Notes: generated from the sequence alone by a model not told the origin. Positions 18,659-28,292 are shown, numbered from the stretch's first letter. The stretch is 64,000 nt of DNA from an uncultured Oscillospiraceae bacterium (GCA_944385445.1 CALWXF010000007.1:11976-75975); one strand, 5' to 3'. Translations and numbers: made by a program.

Positions 18659-19540
18659 ATGAGAACATCTCGGGAGGAGCTGGCCCGGATGAGCACAGAG
18701 CAACTCAAAGAGATCATACGTCTGGATTCCCAAGGGGTGGAGGTATACCCCGTTGAGGACATTTTGTACATTCTGGACCTGATCGTCCACCGAGAGAAGA
18801 CACCGGAGGAGATCCAAGCGGAGACGGAAGCGGCCTGGCGCCGCTTTCAGCGGGACTATCTCCACCGAGAGGAGGAGACCCAAGCCCCCGTACACACCCA
18901 AAAAGTACCGTGGTGGCAGCGGCTGCCCCGTGGCCTGGGGTCCACCGCTGCGGCGCTGGTGCTGGTGGTTGTTGGGCTGTTTACTGCCCAGGCGGCTGGC
19001 TGGGACATTTTGGGCGGTTTGCCCCAGTGGAATGACGAGATTTTTACCTTTGGCAACCTGGAGCCGGAGAATCCTGTGGATGTGGAGGAGACAGAGGACA
19101 TTGACACGGTTTCCCCGGACCAGCAGCAAGAGTCGGAGGCCATCACGCCCGAAGTTTTGGAGTATGACACCTTACAGGAGGCCTTAGATGCTTGCGGGAT
19201 TACAGAGGTGAAGGCTCCCACTTGGTTGCCGGAGGGGTGCCAGTTCCAGACGGTAGAGCAGATTTGCAACCCGGATGGGACGTCCTACGAGCTGTATGCC
19301 ACATATAAATATCAAGAAAGTTTGCTGGCCATTAATGTGATACCCATAGGACCAGATTCTGCTGGTATAGAGAAAGTAGAGAAAACGGTGGACATAACAG
19401 AAATGCACGGACAGACTGTATATATCATTAAAAACATCAACAATTTTACCATTGCATGGAAAACACAAAGCTATGAGTTTTATTTGTTCGGACCGAGTCA
19501 AACTGACTTGGAGAAGATTGCGGAATCTATGCTGGCATAG
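18659..19540 (+). CDS. Putative anti-sigma factor (single TM, DUF4367-like extracellular domain)
   Basis: Directly follows the ECF gene; short cytoplasmic N-terminus, one TM helix, C-terminal PTWLPEG..IAW..YEF.LFG...EKIAES. Confidence 0.7.
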   Translation: MRTSREELARMSTEQLKEIIRLDSQGVEVYPVEDILYILDLIVHREKTPEEIQAETEAAWRRFQRDYLHREEETQAPVHTQKVPWWQRLPRGLGSTAAALVLVVVGLFTAQAAGWDILGGLPQWNDEIFTFGNLEPENPVDVEETEDIDTVSPDQQQESEAITPEVLEYDTLQEALDACGITEVKAPTWLPEGCQFQTVEQICNPDGTSYELYATYKYQESLLAINVIPIGPDSAGIEKVEKTVDITEMHGQTVYIIKNINNFTIAWKTQSYEFYLFGPSQTDLEKIAESMLA

Positions 19541-19559
19541 GTTTGAGAGGTGATGGAAT

Positions 19560-19733
19560 GTGAAAAGAAGATGTGCGGTGGCACTGTTGGCCGTGTTACT
19601 CTTCGTCGTATGGGGCGGTACACAAGGATACGCTGCACAAGCACGGGCCTCTGAAGAGATTATGTCCTGCTATGCTACAATTTCAAAAAACGGGACAATT
19701 AAGTATTTATTTTTCAATTACAGAAATTATTAA
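19560..19733 (+). pseudogene. 57-aa secreted-protein ORF, probably truncated (absent from the ORF track)
   Basis: GTG start after GAGGTG; MKRRCAVALLAVLLFVVWGGTQGYAAQARA signal peptide with only ~27 residues before TAA in an AT-rich stretch. Confidence 0.5.
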
Positions 19734-19785
19734 AGTAGCTGATTCATAAAAGTGACCGAAAATGTGTGAGGATGGAGGAACTGTT

Positions 19786-20256
19786 ATGAGAAAACTGCTA
19801 TATCTGGGCTGCGGGATGTTGGCTGTTGTCATGGCATTACTCCTATGTGCCTGTGTGACCCTTAGTGAGGAAGAGACGAAAAATTTAGAATACACGTTCC
19901 AGGTGGCCTTTACCAACCATACCGACCAGGAGATGGAACGGGTAGACGTATATTTTACTGATGACTCCCAGTTTGATGGGCTAAATAAAAACTATTTTGC
20001 TGCTGTGACACTGGGAGAGATGGGGCAAGAAGAGAAAAACATGGAGCGGGATAAAGAGTACAGCTACTCCTGTAATGAGAAGACGTTGATGGCCATGGAG
20101 GACCCAGATGCGGAGTTTCAGGTGGTCTTTGTCAGTGGGCGCCGGGTACTGGCTCGATATAGCACCACCAAATCGAAAATTTGGGGCACCACCGTCCGGT
20201 GCCAGTGGCAGGAGAAGAATATCGGCCAGGTGACCAGTACACCCATGAAACCATGA
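19786..20256 (+). CDS. Hypothetical lipoprotein
   Basis: GGAGG RBS; MRKLLYLGCGMLAVVMALLLCAC lipobox. Confidence 0.7.
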   Translation: MRKLLYLGCGMLAVVMALLLCACVTLSEEETKNLEYTFQVAFTNHTDQEMERVDVYFTDDSQFDGLNKNYFAAVTLGEMGQEEKNMERDKEYSYSCNEKTLMAMEDPDAEFQVVFVSGRRVLARYSTTKSKIWGTTVRCQWQEKNIGQVTSTPMKP

Positions 20257-20410
20257 CAAATGCATGAAATTTGATAGAAGTACAGCGGCTCGCTCCTTGG
20301 GGACGAGCCGCTGTACTACTCTGCATCTCCCATCCCGCCAGAGCATAGCATTTCTCTGGGCATTGTGGTATACTCATACCAAATACCCATACCACAAGGA
20401 GGAAACCCAC

Positions 20411-20845
20411 ATGAAAGCAGTGGTGACCAGAGTCAAAAACGCCCGGGTGGAAATCGACGGGGCGGTAAACGGAGCCATTGACCAGGGCCTGTTGGTGCTG
20501 TTGGGGGTGGGCCCCGACGACACCCAGGCCACAGCGGACAAAATGGCGGATAAAGTGTGCGGCCTGCGGATTTTCGAGGACGAGGCCGGGAAAATGAACC
20601 GGAATTTGGAGACAGTGGGGGGCTCGCTGCTGGTGGTCAGCCAGTTCACCCTCTACGCCGACACCTCTTCCCGCCGCCCCGGCTTCTCCGGGGCCGCCAA
20701 GCCGGACTTGGCCATCCCCCTCTATGAGCGGTTTATGGACCAGTGCAGAGCCTGGGGCTTCACCGTGGAGCACGGGGAATTTGGGGCGGACATGCAGGTG
20801 TTCTCCCAAAATGACGGCCCGGTCACCATTTTGCTGGAGCTGTAA
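20411..20845 (+). CDS. dtd: D-aminoacyl-tRNA deacylase
   Basis: MKAVVTRV; LRIF.DE.GKMN; SQFTL; GEFGADMQV...NDGPVT. Confidence 0.95.
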   Translation: MKAVVTRVKNARVEIDGAVNGAIDQGLLVLLGVGPDDTQATADKMADKVCGLRIFEDEAGKMNRNLETVGGSLLVVSQFTLYADTSSRRPGFSGAAKPDLAIPLYERFMDQCRAWGFTVEHGEFGADMQVFSQNDGPVTILLEL

Positions 20846-20857
20846 GGAGGGGAGCCT

Positions 20858-22852
20858 ATGCCCACCATTCGACAACTAGACCCCCATGTGGCCGACCTCA
20901 TCGCCGCCGGTGAGGTGGTGGAGCGGCCCGCCTCGGTGGTGAAAGAGCTGATGGAAAACGCCATTGACGCCGGAGCCAACGCCATCACCGTGGAGATTGC
21001 CCACGGGGGTATGGCCCTCATCCGCGTCACCGACGACGGCTGCGGCATCGCCCCGGACCAGTGCCAGACCGCCTTTCTCCGCCATGCCACCTCCAAGATT
21101 TCCTCGGAGTATGACCTGGAGGCCATCGGTACCCTGGGCTTCCGAGGCGAGGCTCTGGCTGCCATTGCGGCGGTGTCCCGAGTGGAGCTGCTTACCAACC
21201 AGGGCCAGGGGCTGGGTACCGCTCTGTCCCTGGAGGGGGGAGAGCTGGTGGAGCAGGAGGAGGCGGGATGCCCCAAGGGCACCACCATGCTGGTGCGGGA
21301 TTTGTTCTACAATACCCCCGCCCGGCTGAAATTTATGAAGAAGGATTCGGCGGAAGGGGCGGCGGTGTTTGCCGTGGTGCAGCGGCTGGCCCTGTCCCAC
21401 CCGGAGCTGTCGGTGAAGTTCATCCGGGACGGCAAGCAGGAGCTATTGACCCCCGGAGACGGACAGCTGAAAAGTGCCATTTACGCCGTGCTGGGCCGGG
21501 ACCTGGCCCTGGGCTTTTTGCCCGTGAAGGGCTCCGGGGAACACATGGAGATCTCCGGCTTTGTCTCCCTGCCCACCTGCTGCCGGGGCAGCCGCAGCTA
21601 TCAGCACTTTTTTGTCAACGGACGGTACATCAAAAGCCGGGTGATGATGGCGGCCCTGGAAGAGGCCTACCGCAACCAGAAGATGGTGGGCAAGTTCCCC
21701 GGCTGTGTCCTCCACCTCACCGTGCGGCCCAACACCGTGGACGTGAACGTCCACCCCACAAAGACAGAAGTGAAGTTCCAAAACGAGCAGCAGGTGTTTT
21801 CCACCGTGTACCACGGGGTGCTGGCTGCTTTGAACGGGGACCAGAGCCGCCCCCAGGCGGTGGTGAAGTCGGTGCTGCCCCGCCAGGACACCGTCACCCC
21901 CAACCAGACCAGCCTTCACGACATGCTCACCCCCACGGTGGCCCAGCCCAAGACCACGCCCAGCCCCTTTCGCCGGGTGACCCCGTTGGACATCCCCACG
22001 GTGACGGAGAAGAAAGTGGCGCCCTCTTCCTCTTTTATCTCCCGGCCTGTGGTGCAGCGGACGGTGGTGGAGGAGAAACCTGCCCAAGCCAGGGCTGCGG
22101 TGGAGCCGAAACAGATTCCGCCCACCGTGGCAGAGGAGAAACCCAAGGCGGCGGCCCTTGTGGCAGCGCCTCCCGCCCCGGTGGCGGAGGAGAAGCCCGC
22201 CCCGGCTCCCCAGGTGGAGAAGCCCGTGGTGGCGGAGGTTCCCACCCCCGTGGTGGAGCCGGAACCCGTCCCCGTGGAGGAACCCCAGGAGCCCTGGGTG
22301 GTGCGGGGCGAGCTGTTCCACACCTACATCATGGTGGAGCAGGGGGACAAGGTGGTGCTCATCGACAAGCACGCCGCCCACGAGCGGGTGAATTTTGACC
22401 GCCTCAAGGCCCAGGACTACCGGCCCATGGTTCAGGAGCTGCTCATTCCCATCACCATCACCCCCGGACCCCAGGAGCGGCAGGTGCTGCTGGACGGCCA
22501 GGTGGTGCTGGAGGGCTTCGGCTTCCAGCTGGAGGAGTTCGGGGCGGGGAGCATCGCCGTGCGGGCGGTGCCCGACTACCTGGAGACGGGAGACGTGGAG
22601 CCCACCCTGCTGGAGCTGGCCAAAAAGCTGCGCCTCACGGGCTGGGCGGACCCCACCGCCGCCCGGGACGAGGTGATGCACACCATGGCCTGCAAGGCCG
22701 CCATCAAGGGGGGCCAGCGCAACGACCCCCAGGAGCTGGAGCGGGTGGCCCAGAAGGTGATGGCGGGAGAAGTGAAGTATTGTCCCCACGGGCGGCCCGT
22801 GGCCATCGAGCTGACCCGAGGAGAGTTGGAGCGTCAATTCAAACGGGCATAG
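20858..22852 (+). CDS. mutL: DNA mismatch repair endonuclease MutL
   Basis: IAAGEVVERPASVVKELMENAIDAG; TLGFRGEALA; DKHAAHER; ACK; CPHGRP. Confidence 0.97.
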   Translation: MPTIRQLDPHVADLIAAGEVVERPASVVKELMENAIDAGANAITVEIAHGGMALIRVTDDGCGIAPDQCQTAFLRHATSKISSEYDLEAIGTLGFRGEALAAIAAVSRVELLTNQGQGLGTALSLEGGELVEQEEAGCPKGTTMLVRDLFYNTPARLKFMKKDSAEGAAVFAVVQRLALSHPELSVKFIRDGKQELLTPGDGQLKSAIYAVLGRDLALGFLPVKGSGEHMEISGFVSLPTCCRGSRSYQHFFVNGRYIKSRVMMAALEEAYRNQKMVGKFPGCVLHLTVRPNTVDVNVHPTKTEVKFQNEQQVFSTVYHGVLAALNGDQSRPQAVVKSVLPRQDTVTPNQTSLHDMLTPTVAQPKTTPSPFRRVTPLDIPTVTEKKVAPSSSFISRPVVQRTVVEEKPAQARAAVEPKQIPPTVAEEKPKAAALVAAPPAPVAEEKPAPAPQVEKPVVAEVPTPVVEPEPVPVEEPQEPWVVRGELFHTYIMVEQGDKVVLIDKHAAHERVNFDRLKAQDYRPMVQELLIPITITPGPQERQVLLDGQVVLEGFGFQLEEFGAGSIAVRAVPDYLETGDVEPTLLELAKKLRLTGWADPTAARDEVMHTMACKAAIKGGQRNDPQELERVAQKVMAGEVKYCPHGRPVAIELTRGELERQFKRA

Positions 22853-22869
22853 CATAGGAGGAACACAAC

Positions 22870-23787
22870 ATGGCCTATCAACTGGAGAAGATCAACCAGG
22901 CCATTCGTGCCGATCAATTGGGATTTATGGAGGAATGTGACCACCAATACCAGAAAAAAGTGGAACAGGCCGCCGATCTGATCTGCAAAAATATGAAGCT
23001 CAGCCCCGTGGTGCTCCTCTCCGGCCCCTCCGGGTCGGGAAAGACCACCACCGCCCATAAAATCACCGCCGAGCTGCAGCGGCGGGGCGTGGGCACCCAC
23101 ACCATTTCCATGGACGACTACTTTGTGCGCCGGGACCCCAAAACGGCCCCCCGCACCCCCCAGGGGGACATCGACTACGAGTCCCCGGAGATGATGGACT
23201 TGCAGCTGCTCAGCCAGCACTTTGCCCAGCTCACCCGGGGAGAGGAGATTCTGGTGCCCCACTTCGAGTTTGCCCGCCAGATGCGCAACGACAGCAAGGC
23301 CGTGCCGTTGAAGCTGGGCAAGGATGAGGTGGCGATTTTTGAGGGCATTCATGCCTTGAACACCAAACTCACCACCGGACACCCCAACGCCACCCGGCTG
23401 TACATCTCCGCCCGCAGCAATGTGATGGACGGGGAGGTGCTGCGCTTCAAGGGCACTTGGATGCGCCTGACCCGCCGGGCGGTGCGGGACTTCAACTTCC
23501 GGGGCACCGACATCGTGGGCACTCTGGACATGTGGGCCAACGTGCGCCGGGGAGAAAAGCTGTACATCTCCCCCTACAAGCACACCGCCCACATGCTCTT
23601 TGACTCGTCTCTGCCCTATGAGGTGTCGGTGATGGCCTGCTACGCCCGCCCCCTCATGGCGGCGGTGCCCGAGGAGAACCAGCGCCGCCACGAGCTGTTA
23701 GAGCTGGTGCGGGCCTTTGACTGGTTCGAGACCATCGAGCCGGGTCTGGTGCCGAAAGACTCGCTGTTACACGAGTTTATCGGGTGA
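22870..23787 (+). CDS. Uridine kinase-like nucleoside kinase
   Basis: P-loop SGPSGSGKTT; ISMDDYF; IFEGIHALN; RR.VRD.NFRG. Confidence 0.8.
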   Translation: MAYQLEKINQAIRADQLGFMEECDHQYQKKVEQAADLICKNMKLSPVVLLSGPSGSGKTTTAHKITAELQRRGVGTHTISMDDYFVRRDPKTAPRTPQGDIDYESPEMMDLQLLSQHFAQLTRGEEILVPHFEFARQMRNDSKAVPLKLGKDEVAIFEGIHALNTKLTTGHPNATRLYISARSNVMDGEVLRFKGTWMRLTRRAVRDFNFRGTDIVGTLDMWANVRRGEKLYISPYKHTAHMLFDSSLPYEVSVMACYARPLMAAVPEENQRRHELLELVRAFDWFETIEPGLVPKDSLLHEFIG

Positions 23788-23837
23788 GTGCAAGGCGTAG
23801 GCCCTGCACGCTGTTTCGTTCGGTTCTGCCTTGGTTC

Positions 23838-24365
23838 AGGCTTACCAGCCTGGTGGGGACGCTCCGCTGGGGTCCATTTTGAGTGGCCAAAATAAGGAAC
23901 CTCCGATTCCCTACAGCATCGGAGTCTTGTGGCCCTTTTACGCCATAAATTCGTTGCATCTTCTGGAAATACACCAAGTATTTCTGCGAAGCTGCGTCTC
24001 TTTCTGACGCAAAATGTCTCACAATTCTCTCTCGCTTAGGGAATCGGACGTTCCTACCAAAACCCGCTTAGGGCGTTCCCGCCGCCGGGAGCCAGGCCGC
24101 CGAAAGCTGGGAACAGCGGCTCACCAGAGTAAAGCCCTGGCGATAGAAGGAGGACTGCACAGAGAAGCAGATACGTCCGGTAGAATCTCCACGCTATCTA
24201 TGTGACACGGACCAGGACCAGGGCCGAACAGAGAAGGACGCACTTTCCACCCAGTACCGGCGGGGTGGATACCACAAGGCGGGGGAAGGCCCCGCCTTTG
24301 GCGGTCTTTGGTGACTTTCTGGCGGCAGAAAGTCACCCTGCGGAGCAAACCCGGGCTGGCAAGCT
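23838..24365. repeat. Family A element, copy 3 (reverse orientation) with nested insert 23895-24055
   Basis: Ends AGGCTTACCAGCCTGGTGGGGACGCTCCGCTGGGG / GGCTGGCAAGCT; insert bounded by a 17/18 IR AGGAACCTCCGATTCCCT / AGGGAATCGGACGTTCCT. Confidence 0.8.
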
Positions 24366-24523
24366 GGATTCCAGGCTGGAAAACGGACGGAGACTTCGTC
24401 AAGCCCAGATGTTTGTTTGCCAAACCGTTGTAACAGAAAACAAACTGTGGTAAAATAACCAAGCTACTTTGAATATGAGGAAAACGCCTGTCCTCTGGGC
24501 AGACGGTATAAGGAGATGTTTCC

Positions 24524-25348
24524 ATGAGTGAATGTACCCACGACTGCTCCAGCTGCAGCTCCAACTGCGGCGAGCGTCAACAGCCCCACGACTTCCGCAA
24601 GCCCTGCAACGCCCACTCCCACATCAAAAAAGTGATCGCAGTGGTCAGCGGCAAGGGCGGCGTGGGCAAGTCCACCGTCACCTGCTCTCTGGCCGCCGCC
24701 ATGGCCGCCCGGGGCAAGAAGGTGGGCATTCTGGACGCCGATATCACCGGCCCCTCCATCCCCCGTGCCTTCGGCATCCACCAGCACGCCATGGGCACCG
24801 ATGACGGCATCCTGCCGGTGGAGACCACCGGCGGCATCAAGATGATGAGCCTGAACCTGCTCACCGACAACGAGACCGACCCTGTCATCTGGCGTGGCCC
24901 CGTCATCGCCGGAGCGGTGGAGCAGTTCTGGACCGACGTGGTGTGGGGCGAGCTGGACTACCTGTTTGTGGACATGCCTCCCGGAACCGGCGACGTGCCC
25001 CTGACCGTGTTCCAGTCCCTGCCCGTGGACGGCGTGGTGGTGGTCACCGCTCCCCAGACCCTGGTGGGCATGATCGTCACCAAGGCCGTGCGCATGGCGG
25101 AGATGATGAAGGTGCCCGTGCTGGGCCTGGTGGAGAACTACAGCTTCTTCCGCTGCCCCGACTGCGGCGGCGAGCACCCCATCTTCGGTGAGAGCACCAT
25201 CGACGCCCTGGGCGCTGAGCTGGGCCTGCCTGTGCTGGCCAAGCTGCCCCTGGACTCTGCCCTGGCGGGTGCCATGGACGAGGGCACCGTGGAGGGCTAC
25301 ACCCCCAACCCCTTGGCCCAGGTGGCCGCCCAGCTGGACGCAGAATGA
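24524..25348 (+). CDS. Mrp/NBP35 (ApbC) Fe-S cluster carrier ATPase
   Basis: N-terminal CxxxCxxCxxxC; SGKGGVGKST; DADITGPS; WRGP; DMPPGTGD; CPDC. Confidence 0.93.
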   Translation: MSECTHDCSSCSSNCGERQQPHDFRKPCNAHSHIKKVIAVVSGKGGVGKSTVTCSLAAAMAARGKKVGILDADITGPSIPRAFGIHQHAMGTDDGILPVETTGGIKMMSLNLLTDNETDPVIWRGPVIAGAVEQFWTDVVWGELDYLFVDMPPGTGDVPLTVFQSLPVDGVVVVTAPQTLVGMIVTKAVRMAEMMKVPVLGLVENYSFFRCPDCGGEHPIFGESTIDALGAELGLPVLAKLPLDSALAGAMDEGTVEGYTPNPLAQVAAQLDAE

Positions 25349-25538
25349 CAAATGTTCCAATCCGTGACGGTTCGCCGTCACGGATTTGGCATTTTAAGGG
25401 AAAATTTTCTCGGGTGCTTGTTGCCCCGGTCGAAATCTGGTATAATGGGTCGTAACCAAAAAGCCCTGATTTTTCCAGAGAGAAACGGGGCTTCTCTGCA
25501 TAGGATAATGGGCAAGGGAGGCGTGAGGATTGGAACGA

Positions 25539-26303
25539 TGGATGTTGGAGCGCACCAACGGGGCGCACATGGCGCAGCTGCGCATGCAGCTGGCCCAGAT
25601 GACCGCCGCCAGTCAGCTGCTGGAGCGGTACGCCACGGATGAAAAGAGCCGGGCGTATCTGAGCACCATCAACCAAAGCGTGTGCCGGATGCTGCGCCTG
25701 GTGGGGCGGCTGGAGCTGGCACAGCGGCTCACCGACGAGGACGAGGTGCGGCTGCAAGTGGCTCCCTTGGATATTACCCGCTGGGGCACCGATTTAGCCC
25801 GGCGGCTGGAGGGCGCCTTGGCTGGAGCCAACCTCTCCTTTACCTGGGAGGTGGCGCCGGGGCTGTCCGGAGTGGCAGACGGCGGGATGCTGGAGCAGCT
25901 GGTGCTGGAGCTGGTGTCCAACGCCGCCAAGACGGGAAGCCCTGTGAAGCTGGCGGTGCAGCCGGGCACAGGGTCGGTGCGCATCACCGTGTCCGATCAG
26001 GGGCCGGGGCTGGACGCCCAGCAGCTCTCCAGCCTCTTTCAGCAGCCCCCCCAGGAGGAGCAGGGCATGGGAGTGGCCCTGGCCCAACAGATCGCCCAGC
26101 TCCACGGCGGCCTGCTTATGGCGGACAGCAAGCTGGGCCATGGGGTGAACATGGTGGCGGTGATCCCCCTGCGGGAGGGGATGCCCCCCCGCCGCCTGGA
26201 GACGCCTCCGCCCCAGTGGGGGGACAACGGGCTGGACCCGGTGCTGGTGGGCTTGAGCGATGTGCTCCCCGCCGCATCCTTTGCCCCCGATGAATTGAGA
26301 TAA
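25539..26303 (+). CDS. Orphan histidine-kinase-like protein (degenerate H-box, HATPase_c)
   Basis: ELVSNAAK, VSDQGPGL, GMGVALAQQIAQLHGG; H-box reads MAQLRMQL; no TM or sensor domain. Confidence 0.7.
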   Translation, partial: WMLERTNGAHMAQLRMQLAQMTAASQLLERYATDEKSRAYLSTINQSVCRMLRLVGRLELAQRLTDEDEVRLQVAPLDITRWGTDLARRLEGALAGANLSFTWEVAPGLSGVADGGMLEQLVLELVSNAAKTGSPVKLAVQPGTGSVRITVSDQGPGLDAQQLSSLFQQPPQEEQGMGVALAQQIAQLHGGLLMADSKLGHGVNMVAVIPLREGMPPRRLETPPPQWGDNGLDPVLVGLSDVLPAASFAPDELR

Positions 26304-26307
26304 TACG

Positions 26308-26350
26308 AAGGGTCTGTTGCAAAATGGTGGTTTTGCAACAGACCCTTTTT
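26308..26350 (+). terminator. Intrinsic terminator
   Basis: AAGGGTCTGTTGCAAAA-TGGTGG-TTTTGCAACAGACCCTT-TTT. Confidence 0.85.
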
Positions 26351-26547
26351 GGTCAATCCCTCCGTCATGGCTACGCCATGCCACCTCCCTTTACACAAGG
26401 GAGGCTTTAGGCCTGGAAAAGACTTGCGGTTCGCGTTTTTGAAGATAAAATCGACGATTATCATGCAAAAAGTAATAACAGAATCGCCGCAGGACAAAGG
26501 CCCCCTTGTGCAAAGGGGGCTGTCACCGTAGGTGACTGGGGGATTGT
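26351..26547. repeat. Family B REP-like doublet (B1 minus 26351-26405, B2 plus 26496-26547)
   Basis: GCCTCCCTTGTGTAAAGGGAGG..GGAGGGATTG and GGCCCCCTTGTGCAAAGGGGGCTGTCACC..GGTGACTGGGGGATTG. Confidence 0.9.
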
Positions 26548-26609
26548 TTCCGGTGGGGAGTTGGACCGTCTGCGGATGTTGCAGCAGGCCCTTGCATCAA
26601 ATGCCTGTT

Positions 26610-27020
26610 TTATCGGTATTTCCCCGTCCAGCGGTAGTGCAGGGGGTCAAAGAGCACCAGACCCAGGACGAAGAGGACCATGTAGAGCACAAACATGGCG
26701 TTGATGAGGTAGCGGGCGTACACCTCCCAGGCGGGGACAAAGGGGAGGGTAATGCCAACAATCATGCCCAAGAGGGGCAGGGAGGTGAGGCCTCGGAACA
26801 GGTAGTGGAACAGGGCGGTGAGCCGGGGCCGGGGGGAGATGCGCATGAGCCAGGGGAAGAGCTTCTCTTGGGGAAACTGGCTGGCGTGCTGCTCCACGTC
26901 CCGGATGGTCTGTCCGGCGGAGGCCTCGCACAAATGCCCAATCCAGGCGCAGCACAGCCGACTCAACAGCCAGAATATAGCGCAGATGACGGTGTTGATG
27001 ACAAACAGGGTGATATCCAT
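26610..27020 (-). CDS. Hypothetical membrane protein
   Basis: GGAGGGG RBS; 136 aa with three hydrophobic segments. Confidence 0.65.
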   Translation of the reverse strand: MDITLFVINTVICAIFWLLSRLCCAWIGHLCEASAGQTIRDVEQHASQFPQEKLFPWLMRISPRPRLTALFHYLFRGLTSLPLLGMIVGITLPFVPAWEVYARYLINAMFVLYMVLFVLGLVLFDPLHYRWTGKYR

Positions 27021-27035
27021 GGAAATCCCCTCCTG

Positions 27036-28181
27036 TTAGAACGTGCTCAGATAGCCCAGGTCGTAGAGGAACCACTTCAACCAGGTGGTGTCGTAATCGG
27101 GGCAGTAGGCATAGAAAATCTTGGTCCCGTCCTGGACCACCGCCCCATAGTTCCCCTGGGTTTCCAGGGCGTAGAGGGTGTAGCCCTCCCCGGACTCCTC
27201 TGTGACCTGGGGATTTTGTGCGGCCACCAGCTCATAGAGCTGCTGTTGCAGCCCCTGGGCCAGGCTCTGCGCCTGGCTTTCCTGGGTCAGCACCATGTAC
27301 TCCATGTGCATCCCCTCATAGTCCACCAGAAGGGCGTCGGAGAGGGTGATGCCGGGGTAGGTCTCAGACAGCTGCCCCACGGCATTGACCGGGGGGAACC
27401 CCTCCTTGTCCAGGCGCTGGTACATGGCCTGGAAGTCGGAGAGGACAGACGGTGGGTCGGAGACCTCCGGGGCAGGGGCCTCCGAGGTAGGGGCTGTGGT
27501 GGCCTCCGGGGTGGAGGTGGTGGGGAGGAACTTGGAGGACAGCATGGGGAGGACCAGGAACACCAGTACCACCGCCACTACAAAGAGCTTTTGGGTGTAG
27601 CCCCGGCGGAAGCGGCGGCGCTGGGCCACCTCCGGCTCGGCGGCCTCAAAGGGTCCGGCGTAGGGGATGTCCTCGTACGGGTCCTCTGGGTTTTCCTCCT
27701 CTTCGTTTTCCCGCTTGGGGCGGTAGGGCTTGTAGCGGGAGCTGTCAAAGAAGTCCGCGGTCTCCGCCTGGATGTACTTCCCGTACCGGAACCCCAACAG
27801 GGTGAACATGGCCCACAGGACCAGCATAGCCGCCCCCAAGGCCCAGGTGTATTGGTAGAGGCGAGTGGCGAAAATCACCATCACCCCCACAAAATAGAGC
27901 TTGACGGGCAGGTTGGTGAGGGAGCAGTAGCGGGACATGGTGTAAAACTCTTTGGCGTAGCCCGAACGCTGTTCCATCCAGGCCCAGAGCTGCTCATGAC
28001 GGTCACGGTTGCGGTGCATGTGATGGTCCTCTGTCCGGGTCCACAGGTACATCTGGGCGTCCGCAGGCTTGAGTCCGGCGGTCATGTACAGGTAGCGGGA
28101 GAGAAGCTTGTCGGAGAGAAAGGACAGGGCGAACAGGACAAACAGAGAGATTAGAACGGGTTCACCAGGCATGGCACTCAA
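27036..28181 (-). CDS. Hypothetical multi-pass membrane protein with extracellular C-terminal domain
   Basis: AAGGAGG upstream (start may be ATG at 28172); several TM segments, acidic and T/P linkers; host-like codon usage. Confidence 0.7.
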   Translation of the reverse strand: MSAMPGEPVLISLFVLFALSFLSDKLLSRYLYMTAGLKPADAQMYLWTRTEDHHMHRNRDRHEQLWAWMEQRSGYAKEFYTMSRYCSLTNLPVKLYFVGVMVIFATRLYQYTWALGAAMLVLWAMFTLLGFRYGKYIQAETADFFDSSRYKPYRPKRENEEEENPEDPYEDIPYAGPFEAAEPEVAQRRRFRRGYTQKLFVVAVVLVFLVLPMLSSKFLPTTSTPEATTAPTSEAPAPEVSDPPSVLSDFQAMYQRLDKEGFPPVNAVGQLSETYPGITLSDALLVDYEGMHMEYMVLTQESQAQSLAQGLQQQLYELVAAQNPQVTEESGEGYTLYALETQGNYGAVVQDGTKIFYAYCPDYDTTWLKWFLYDLGYLSTF

Positions 28182-28292
28182 AAACCTCCTTTACGGTGCA
28201 AACGGTTTGACCAGGTGGCATTTTTTCGAAATGCTAACAGGCGTACCATGCCAGGGGACATGATACGCCTGTGTATAAATCTGTGTGTGGGA

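Noticed and set aside
21900-22290. P/E/K/V-rich quasi-repeats in mutL
   Set aside because: Ordinary disordered MutL linker
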